A stretch of 47,364 nt of DNA, from positions 1 through 47,364 of the IMG/VR virus record IMGVR_UViG_3300010376_000013; one strand, given 5' to 3'. The notes below the pieces were generated by a model, which did no database searches, had not been told where the DNA came from, and worked only from the letters and a program-made list of their open reading frames with translations. Numbering within the stretch: position 1 is the first letter of the stretch; the number at the start of each line of letters is the position of its first letter. A program made the translations under genes and the position numbers. Shown here one piece after another: positions 1 to 6,818 of the stretch. Source of the DNA: a virus (taxonomy: Duplodnaviria > Caudoviricetes).

Positions 1-123
1 ATTGTATACTTTCCGTCCAAACGGCGGCTGACCCACTGGATCCCCCTGGACGCGCGGAAATGGACCCTGGACTTGCTATGGGTCCAGCCCCGCGCGTCCT
101 GTGCGTCCATGCAGGTCTGTTTC
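1..123. repeat. Terminal direct repeat, left copy (123 bp)
   Basis: Bases 1-123 are identical to 47242-47364, indicating a circular assembly overlap or a true terminal repeat. Confidence 0.95.
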
Positions 124-378
124 CGGTCCAGGCGTCTTGTATACTTTTATACAAAACGGCCGCGCACAGGATCCTGCAGGACGTTCCGTCTTGCCAGCTC
201 CTCCAGGCTCCGGCCGTCCCACAGGATCCTCCAGGTCAGTCCGGTCCTGGAAGATCCTGGAAGAATCGCCCGAAAATCCTGGAAGATAGCCGACCCGGTA
301 CCGGCGCGACCGCCCTGCCCTGCCTCCTGGGATCCGCGATTCCATTTTTGAAAAGACAGACCGATCCTGTCTACGGAC

Positions 379-921
379 CTAGGATCCATTTTTCGGGGCG
401 GGGGTCCTGGCGGCGCGATTCCAGATACGGATCACGTTTTCGGCGAAATGCCGATGCTCGGAAAGATTTCCCTGGAGCAACTCGCTGACGTACCCCAGAA
501 ACGTGTCGCCGACCGCCAGCATCTTGCGGTTTCCGATCTCGACTTCGCGCGCGCAGAAGAGCAGTCCGTCCATCGAGTCGGCCAGCTTCAGCAAACCGCG
601 TTCCTGCTCCGTCAACTGCGGCGGAACGAGTCCGCGGTCGGCCAGCCAGATGTCCCCCACGTCGTGGACGCGATCGCGCAGTCCTGGGACGCTGCGCTTG
701 AACGGACTTGGAATGTCGCCGGTGTAATACTCCGCCAAGTCGTCGAGCAGCGCCGCGACGAACAGCTCCTTGCGGCATGCGCCGCGCGTCATCAGATACA
801 GCAGCAGACACACGCTCGCGCCATGCTCCCCCACCGTCTGCTGGTGCAACGTGCGATGCGTGTGGAAGCGTCGCACTCCTACGCCGTCCATCACGGCAAA
901 GATAGACTCCATCTCGTACAT
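379..921 (-). CDS. HD-domain 5'-deoxynucleotidase/dNTP phosphohydrolase (YfbR-like)
   Basis: Motifs RRFHT..QTVGEH, ALLDDLAEYYTGDIPSPFK and KLADSMD; AAGGAG RBS before ATG at 921; adjacent to the thymidylate synthase homolog. Confidence 0.8.
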   Translation of the reverse strand: MYEMESIFAVMDGVGVRRFHTHRTLHQQTVGEHGASVCLLLYLMTRGACRKELFVAALLDDLAEYYTGDIPSPFKRSVPGLRDRVHDVGDIWLADRGLVPPQLTEQERGLLKLADSMDGLLFCAREVEIGNRKMLAVGDTFLGYVSELLQGNLSEHRHFAENVIRIWNRAARTPAPKNGS

Positions 922-925
922 GACC

Positions 926-1981
926 CTACTCCTTCTTTTCTTTCGTGGCCCTGTTTTCCCAGCGGCGCTGCAACCACTCGGTCGCCGCCTGCCGCCATTG
1001 TGGATGATTGACGAGCATTGCCCATCCCAGGGCGATGTTGTCTCGAGGATCATTCTTCCTGTAGTGCCATGCGTTGAACATCGGTTTCGCCACGTCTTCC
1101 AACAGCGGCATCGAATAAATCTCCGTTATCGGCACCAGTCCTTCGAGTATGTGATTTATGAAAACCTCGACCTGCCTTAGCTGCCATGCTTCGGTCATCG
1201 GGCGATGACCATCCACGTCGAATGAAAAAGCATGCTTTCCTTCTCCTTCAAAAAGCATGCTTTCCCTGGGTTGAATAAGCATGCTTATCTTGGCCCACCG
1301 TTCCACCGGAAACACGTCTGTGTAGACATGCGCGTTGTTGGTGAAGTGACTATACCTCCCCATTGGCAGGTGCAGATTGTCCGACACGAACTGCATCAGC
1401 ACCGTGAAGTGAACGTAATTCGCGCCGAGCAGTCCCCACACCACGTCGTTGCTCCGGTTCATGACGGACATGTTGAGCTTTCCGTCCTGAGTATCGAAGT
1501 AGATGTGCGTGTTGCATGGCAGGTCTTTCCCGGTGTAGATGGTGTCGAACCGCGTATCGTGCATGGATATGACTGCACGGCGCGTGTCGGGGTACTGGCG
1601 CAGCAGGGCGATGATCTCCAGAAGTTGATCTGTATTGAGACTCTTGCCTGCGTGCCGCCAGCGGAATCCGTACGCGCCGTGCAGTATCTTTCCATCGTCG
1701 GAATAGCTCGCGATCCTCTTCGCGAACATGGCGGGGAAGGCTACGTCGTTCCGCCCCGCCAGCATCCACAATGCCTCCATCAAATGGAAGAACGGATTAG
1801 CGTCCCTCCATGGGTTTACGAGCACCCGCTCCCACGGGCGCTCGTAGTCGATGACCAACGGTTCCGGCAAATAGATCACCGGACCGTTGCGCGACGTGTG
1901 AACGATGCCGTGCGCCATCAATGTATCGAAGACGCGCGGCATCGCCGTGCAGACGTTAGCCGTGTGAATTACCCGGCTCAT
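926..1981 (-). CDS. Thymidylate synthase-family dUMP hydroxymethylase (YuA/M6-type)
   Basis: Motifs SRNG, RDANPFFHLMEALWMLAG, catalytic DLPCN and RSNDVVWGLLGAN (Asn retained at the dUMP-specificity position), HFTNNAHVY; clustered with a 5-hmdU kinase-like gene. Confidence 0.85.
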   Translation of the reverse strand: MSRVIHTANVCTAMPRVFDTLMAHGIVHTSRNGPVIYLPEPLVIDYERPWERVLVNPWRDANPFFHLMEALWMLAGRNDVAFPAMFAKRIASYSDDGKILHGAYGFRWRHAGKSLNTDQLLEIIALLRQYPDTRRAVISMHDTRFDTIYTGKDLPCNTHIYFDTQDGKLNMSVMNRSNDVVWGLLGANYVHFTVLMQFVSDNLHLPMGRYSHFTNNAHVYTDVFPVERWAKISMLIQPRESMLFEGEGKHAFSFDVDGHRPMTEAWQLRQVEVFINHILEGLVPITEIYSMPLLEDVAKPMFNAWHYRKNDPRDNIALGWAMLVNHPQWRQAATEWLQRRWENRATKEKKE

Positions 1982-2234
1982 CGCCAGTCTCCACCGTTGC
2001 CTCGGTCCGTACTTCCTCCACCGGCGGCGTCAGCAGTTCAATCACACGATCGAGCCGTTCCTCAATGCGTAGTACCGCTTCCAGCATTGGATTGGGAATT
2101 ACGGGCAGCGGCGGCAGCTCTTTCTTTACCGCTTTTCTTGCCCGGCGCTTTTCCTTCTTTTCCGGTTTTGGCATCGCCGCCGCCGATATGCCCGCCAGCT
2201 TCCGGAACTTCGGGTTTTTCTGCTGCTTCTTCAT
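1956..2234 (-). CDS. Hypothetical basic protein
   Basis: GGAG RBS upstream of ATG 2234; overlaps both neighbours. Confidence 0.5.
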   Translation of the reverse strand: MKKQQKNPKFRKLAGISAAAMPKPEKKEKRRARKAVKKELPPLPVIPNPMLEAVLRIEERLDRVIELLTPPVEEVRTEATVETGDEPGNSHG

Positions 2235-2610
2235 GTGCTTGCTCCTGTGGATTGTCGCGATTGATCATTTCCAGCAACTTCGTCTGCACGCCGGGATCGA
2301 GCTTGCTGTCGATGGCGCGCATGATCGACAGCAGCGCGAGCGCGAGGACCGGAGTATCATTGGGTCCTTGCAGCTTGCCAGACTTCTTCACGCCCTTGCC
2401 CTGGACGAGATAGGTTATCTTCAACTGCTTCAGGATAAGAAGCAGGCTGTTCGGCGACAGCTCGACGCGCGCCTTGCGGCGCAAATTCTCGCGTATCTCT
2501 CCGAACGGCATGGTCTTCACTACTTCGCGGTTTTCCTCCAGCCAGTTGGCAATCTTCAGTTTATCCTGAAGGGAAAGGTAGGTGCGGGCTTTGCCGTGCG
2601 ACGTAATCAT
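2062..2610 (-). CDS. Hypothetical protein, possible HTH-like DNA-binding N-terminus
   Basis: GAGG RBS before ATG 2610; helical segment YLSLQDKLKIANWLEEN...LSPNSLLLILKQL. Confidence 0.55.
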   Translation of the reverse strand: MITSHGKARTYLSLQDKLKIANWLEENREVVKTMPFGEIRENLRRKARVELSPNSLLLILKQLKITYLVQGKGVKKSGKLQGPNDTPVLALALLSIMRAIDSKLDPGVQTKLLEMINRDNPQEQAHEEAAEKPEVPEAGGHIGGGDAKTGKEGKAPGKKSGKERAAAAARNSQSNAGSGTTH

Positions 2611-2816
2611 AACTATCCTCGTTAGTGTTAAGTTTTCGTTAAAACCGCTCATCGACGCTAAGGCACCTGCGCGGGGCTAGGCGAGGCGCGCGGCGAACCC
2701 TGTACAGGGGTACAGGCCCGACCGGCCGCGCCCTACGCTGGCCCTGCCAGCCCTGCGCCCGTTTGGCGCGGGGCTAGGGCTGGCATGCCCTGCCGACCGC
2801 CCTAGCGCCAGCCGCT

Positions 2817-2975
2817 CTACGATATGGATAGCCTGTTATCAGGCATCGCTACCGTTACGGCCAGCGTGCGCTCGTCGGGATAGTTCCCCGTGTCGATGTA
2901 GAAGATCTCTGGATCGACGGCGCTTTGCCGGTTTATCTCGGCGTCCACATACTCTTTGAACTCGGACCATTTCAT
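2817..2975 (-). CDS. Small hypothetical protein (MKWSEFKEYV...)
   Basis: ATGA start/stop overlap with the upstream gene. Confidence 0.6.
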   Translation of the reverse strand: MKWSEFKEYVDAEINRQSAVDPEIFYIDTGNYPDERTLAVTVAMPDNRLSIS

Positions 2976-3364
2976 TGGATTGACTCCATTAACGTCCTGA
3001 TGGATTGACGTGCCGTGTGCAGGTCTTCGACCGAATGCCATTGGCAGAGCTGGCGTATGATTATCACCTGCCAGTGGCCGAGTCCGTAGACCTGGCGCAG
3101 CTTGAAGAACTGACTCGAGATTTCCAGCGGCTCGGGACGGCCAGGATTGGCCCATGCCCGGCCCTGCTCGACCAGTTCGATGAGTTTGTCGATGTAATGA
3201 ATGGCTTTTTCCAGGTCCTCCTTCCCGCCTTTGCTGCGGTATCTGCAAACGTACTTGGTGGCGTTGCCCTCGAAGTATCCCATTCTGGAATCGGCAACGA
3301 AATCCCAGTGCTGGTACGATCCCTTGTAGTGCTGTCCTCCGACTTGCAGTTCGTTCGAGTTCAT
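2972..3364 (-). CDS. DUF3310 protein (T7 gp1.7 nucleotide kinase-related)
   Basis: QVGGQHY...GNATKYVCRYRSKGGKEDLEKAIHYI signature; ATGA overlap at 3361-3364. Confidence 0.75.
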   Translation of the reverse strand: MNSNELQVGGQHYKGSYQHWDFVADSRMGYFEGNATKYVCRYRSKGGKEDLEKAIHYIDKLIELVEQGRAWANPGRPEPLEISSQFFKLRQVYGLGHWQVIIIRQLCQWHSVEDLHTARQSIRTLMESIQ

Positions 3365-3633
3365 GTCGGTGCCCTCAGCGCCTTGGTGGCGACGCCCAAC
3401 GCCTGCCCGAGATAGAACGCGGCCAGCGCCTCTTTGTTGCCCGACTTGAGCACGTACCATTCCTCTGCCTTGGCCTGTATTTCTTCGAGCGCCGCCAGCA
3501 TCGCCGGGGCGCGCATTATCAAGTCGGCCATTTCCGGCAGCACGCGGAATGCGCTCTGCGCCTCCTTGCCGTCCTCGCCGGTGCAGGTGTAGCAGATCTG
3601 GTACTTGCCGTCGCGAATGATTTCAGTGACCAT
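3361..3633 (-). CDS. Hypothetical protein
   Basis: RBS AAGGAG; ADLIMRAPAMLAALEEI motif common in phage small proteins. Confidence 0.65.
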   Translation of the reverse strand: MVTEIIRDGKYQICYTCTGEDGKEAQSAFRVLPEMADLIMRAPAMLAALEEIQAKAEEWYVLKSGNKEALAAFYLGQALGVATKALRAPT

Positions 3634-3651
3634 TGCGGTTCTCCTTCATTA

Positions 3652-3933
3652 TCATTTTATGGCTTCTAATTTTTCGCGCAACTTACGCTGCTCGACAGAT
3701 TCAGTCTTCTCGCGTAGACGTCGCTGTTTCGTAAGACCGCCCTTGCGGCCCAGCTCCGCCATGTAGGCACGGTTCTGGGCGACCTTGTGACCGCCCTTCT
3801 TTCCAGCCTCGATCGCTTCCGCGCTGGAAAACTTGTGAGCCGTCCCCGCAGCGTGCGCCGCGCGACCGCCCTTGGCCGCGACCTCTTTCTGCTTCTCGGG
3901 CGGCAACGATGAAAATCCGCGTTTATTGCCCAT
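3652..3933 (-). CDS. KGG-repeat general stress protein (YciG/GsiB/Con-10-like)
   Basis: RGFSSLPPEKQKEVAAKGG, EAIEAGKKGG and YMAELGRKGG repeats. Confidence 0.85.
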   Translation of the reverse strand: MGNKRGFSSLPPEKQKEVAAKGGRAAHAAGTAHKFSSAEAIEAGKKGGHKVAQNRAYMAELGRKGGLTKQRRLREKTESVEQRKLREKLEAIK

Positions 3934-4759
3934 TGTATCTGCTCCTCGGTGTACCTTCGTTGAGCCTGACGCGCTCGTACTTGTCGAACTCGCACAGGCA
4001 ATTCTGCAGGTCCTGGTTGTGTAGATGTTCGTCGAGGCCCATCTTGTCGCGCAAGATCATGAGACTGGCGAACCATTCGTTCTCGTTCCATCCCTGGTCT
4101 ACCGGATGTCCGAACACGCGATTCAACCCGCGTCTCGAACCAGGACCCGACAGCGCGAACGTCGCCCAGTCCACCGCCTCGACCAGATGCGGCGTGGCGT
4201 ACTTGGCGTCAGCTATCATCTGAGCTACCATGAACCGTCCTTGGTTCTTCACGCTGACCACGCGCTCGGCGAACTTCTGCAACGTGTCGCCGCGCCGCGG
4301 GCGGAGGGTTTCGCGCAGCTTCCACAGCGGCCACAGGACCTGCTCCGCTATGAACTTCGGCTTGTCCATCGCGTTGCCCTGCGTGCCGATCATGTACGCC
4401 CCGGTCCAGACCTTCTCGCCCCTTTCCGCTCTGCTTTTCAGTATTTTCTGGAACACCTTCGGCTCGAACTTCAGCCGCTTGCCTTCGATGAGTGCCGGTT
4501 CCAATTCTTGCAAGGAATCGGGCCAGTTGACCCAACGTGCGGCAGACATGAGAAACCAGACATCGGGATTGGTGGCGAACGGGTCGCGCCAATGCTCTGT
4601 TATCCATTTCGTCACCCTGTCGTCTTCGCGATGCACGTTGCAGAAGCGATACCGCTGGAGTATCTCGTCGTCGGTCCAGGGCTTGTCCTTGCCCGCTTCC
4701 TTCTTTACGCGGATGGCTTCGCGTTCTTTCATCCAATGGCGTAGTTCTTTGACTTTCAT
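3923..4759 (-). CDS. 5-hydroxymethyluracil DNA kinase, helical domain (aGPT-Pplase1/5-HMUDK-like)
   Basis: PWTDDEILQRYRFCNVHREDDRVT N-terminal motif and GPGSRRGL...QNCLCEFDKY C-terminal motif; ATGA overlap at 4756-4759. Confidence 0.8.
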   Translation of the reverse strand: MKVKELRHWMKEREAIRVKKEAGKDKPWTDDEILQRYRFCNVHREDDRVTKWITEHWRDPFATNPDVWFLMSAARWVNWPDSLQELEPALIEGKRLKFEPKVFQKILKSRAERGEKVWTGAYMIGTQGNAMDKPKFIAEQVLWPLWKLRETLRPRRGDTLQKFAERVVSVKNQGRFMVAQMIADAKYATPHLVEAVDWATFALSGPGSRRGLNRVFGHPVDQGWNENEWFASLMILRDKMGLDEHLHNQDLQNCLCEFDKYERVRLNEGTPRSRYNGQ

Positions 4760-4938
4760 AGCTTCCACTCCCATATGTCGCCGAGCCGGTCGATCTGCTC
4801 TTTGCTAAGTTCCTTTTGCACCTTCTGTTGCTGGCGCAGGAACTGGATGTAGTTCGCGGCCCATGTCGTCGGTCCGCGCGCCTCGATGTCCGCGATCATT
4901 TGCTCGACCGGCGGACGGGGTGGCTTGGGTCGTTTCAT
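4756..4938 (-). CDS. Small hypothetical protein, paralog of 4935-5105
   Basis: ATGA-coupled; QMxxDxExR...W...LSxxQxxxLxxIWE pattern. Confidence 0.65.
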   Translation of the reverse strand: MKRPKPPRPPVEQMIADIEARGPTTWAANYIQFLRQQQKVQKELSKEQIDRLGDIWEWKL

Positions 4939-5105
4939 GTTACCCTCTCCCATATCTCGGTGAGTTTTTCTTCCTGCCGTCGCGTCAGCCCTTCGTTCCG
5001 TCCAAGCCGCAGCGACATGCTGTCTACGAATCTACGCTCCCATTCGGTGAGTTTCGATTCGCGCTTCTCGAGGTCTTCAACCATTTGTTGAACCTCGGTT
5101 TTCAT
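4935..5105 (-). CDS. Small hypothetical protein (56 aa, not in ORF track)
   Basis: Manual translation MKTEVQQMVEDLEKRESKLTEWERRFVDSMSLRLGRNEGLTRRQEEKLTEIWERVT; GGAGG RBS; coupled stop/start on both sides. Confidence 0.7.
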   Translation of the reverse strand: MKTEVQQMVEDLEKRESKLTEWERRFVDSMSLRLGRNEGLTRRQEEKLTEIWERVT

Positions 5106-5302
5106 TAGTCCCTACCTCCGGAGTTGAAGGCACCTTCGACCACCGGCAACCGTGGCGGCTTGTCTTTCCATTGGTCGTTGGTGGACATGAAACGGCGGCG
5201 GAACTTCACCGCGAGATCGGCTTGGTTCTGCGCCGTGCTGGCAAACTTGCCCGATCGCATCACTGCGATGAACACTTCGTCCCAGAACTCTTGCTCGTTC
5301 AT
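5105..5302 (-). CDS. Small hypothetical protein (MNEQEFWDEVF...)
   Basis: GGAGG RBS; ATGA overlap with the glycosyltransferase stop. Confidence 0.65.
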   Translation of the reverse strand: MNEQEFWDEVFIAVMRSGKFASTAQNQADLAVKFRRRFMSTNDQWKDKPPRLPVVEGAFNSGGRD

Positions 5303-6063
5303 TTCGTGCAACCTCCTTCTTTCGCTGCCCGCCCCCAATTGATTCTGACATCGACCCGCTCCTTTCCAAACCCGCACCATTCGCGCTGCGGGGCGCGTCG
5401 CGTCAGCTTCACATAGTCGGGCCAGAACTCCTGCAGCTTCTCGGCGCACTTGGATTGCAGCTCCGGAGTCCGGTAAGAGCTGCATCCGCCGGTGGTGTTG
5501 GTCGCGTACTGGTCTTGCACCATCATGTTGAATATCGCCGCGTCCTTGCCATGCGTGAGCAGCTGAAGCGCCATGTCGAAATCTTCCATGACCGGCAGGC
5601 GGAATTTCACCCCGTCGGGCATCCTGTGGATGTTGTAGGCCAGCGCCCGCAGCATCCGGTTGTTGTAGTAGACAGGCGGATGCAGATGGCAGAACAGTCT
5701 GTGTCCGATCGAGCCGTGGGCGAAGCCCGACATCAGCTTGGCGAACAGGCTGAAATTGTGCTCGATGTCCTTGTCTTCCGCGCGCCGGTAGCCGTTGGTA
5801 TCCCCCACCCGCACGCACCAGATGGGGAGATCGTCGTCGAGCATCAGCACCACTGGATCGTCCGACTTGTTCAGTATCCACTGACGCGTCGCGGCGATGC
5901 CCTCTGCCGGGCAGGGCAGCACTTCTACGCCGTGCAACTTCAGCCCCTTGGCTTCCGCGCGCGGTGCGACCAGCGTCGTCCGGTACTTGCCGTGGACGTT
6001 CTTGGGCAACCGCTCGACCGTGCGCTGGCGCTCGCGTCCTCGCGTTGGTATGAAGATCCTCAT
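5299..6063 (-). CDS. GT-A glycosyltransferase, GREB1/TET-associated (TAGT)-like, putative DNA base glycosyltransferase
   Basis: Motifs IFIPTRGR, TRQWIL, LMLDDDL (DxD), VMEDFDMALQL and GGCSSYRTPE. Confidence 0.75.
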   Translation of the reverse strand: MRIFIPTRGRERQRTVERLPKNVHGKYRTTLVAPRAEAKGLKLHGVEVLPCPAEGIAATRQWILNKSDDPVVLMLDDDLPIWCVRVGDTNGYRRAEDKDIEHNFSLFAKLMSGFAHGSIGHRLFCHLHPPVYYNNRMLRALAYNIHRMPDGVKFRLPVMEDFDMALQLLTHGKDAAIFNMMVQDQYATNTTGGCSSYRTPELQSKCAEKLQEFWPDYVKLTRRAPQREWCGFGKERVDVRINWGRAAKEGGCTK

Positions 6064-6818
6064 TGGTGTGCCTCCTTGTGCGCCTTGTTCCACTGCACCG
6101 TCACGTTGTACTGCTCGTTGGTCCCCTCGAAGTAGCTCTTGCGATACTTCCGCACGACGACGGAGACGTAGCCGGGGTGGAGCTTCGCCATCTGCTCGGC
6201 GCACTTGCGCTGGTACTCTGGCGTGCGATATCTGCTGCATCCACCTGCGGAGTTGTTCGCCATCTGCTGCTGGACCAGTCCATTGTAGGTGAAGCCCTCG
6301 CAGCCGGCGCGTATCAACTGAAGCTGCATGTCGAGGTCCTCCATTACGCCCATCCGGAATTTCGCCCCGTCGGGCATCAGCGCCTTGTTAAATCCTAGAG
6401 CACGCAAATGCCGTCCTCTATTATATTCGATGGGCGGACGGTGCTGCGCGAACAGTCTGGCACCGAAACTTCCCTGTGCGTGCTTCAGCAGCAACTTCTC
6501 GAACTTGACGAAGTGCGGCGTGAAGGCGTGATCGACGCAGTTCACCAGCTTGCCGTCGATCACCTCGGCCCAACTGGTCAGGTCGTCGTCCAACATCAAG
6601 ATCAGCGGGTCGTCGGCGTTGTCGAGTATCCACTGGCGCTTGACGCCGGCGTTCTTGGCCTTGACGCCGACGCACCGGATGTCTTGCCGGGCCAGCGCCT
6701 TCTCTTCGCCCTTGTCGCACACGACGATGGCTCCGTAAAGATCGCGGATGCGGGCGGGCAGACGTTTCCATGTCAATTGCATATTGACGCGCTCCGAGCT
6801 AGGAATGAATATTTGCAC
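6060..6818 (-). CDS. GT-A glycosyltransferase, GREB1/TAGT-like (tandem paralog)
   Basis: Motifs IFIPSSER, KRQWIL, LMLDDDL, VMEDLDMQLQL and GGCSRYRTPE; GTG start with AAGGAG RBS. Confidence 0.75.
   Translation of the reverse strand: MQIFIPSSERVNMQLTWKRLPARIRDLYGAIVVCDKGEEKALARQDIRCVGVKAKNAGVKRQWILDNADDPLILMLDDDLTSWAEVIDGKLVNCVDHAFTPHFVKFEKLLLKHAQGSFGARLFAQHRPPIEYNRGRHLRALGFNKALMPDGAKFRMGVMEDLDMQLQLIRAGCEGFTYNGLVQQQMANNSAGGCSRYRTPEYQRKCAEQMAKLHPGYVSVVVRKYRKSYFEGTNEQYNVTVQWNKAHKEAHQ

Noticed and set aside
379-921. DatZ-type Z-genome (2-aminoadenine) system
   Set aside because: No PurZ or MazZ homolog seen; neighbours point to thymidine modification
926-1981. dCMP hydroxymethylase with T4-like cytosine glucosylation
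   Set aside because: Specificity residue is Asn (GAN), not Asp, and a 5-hmdU kinase-like gene is in the same cluster; disfavoured but not excluded without assay
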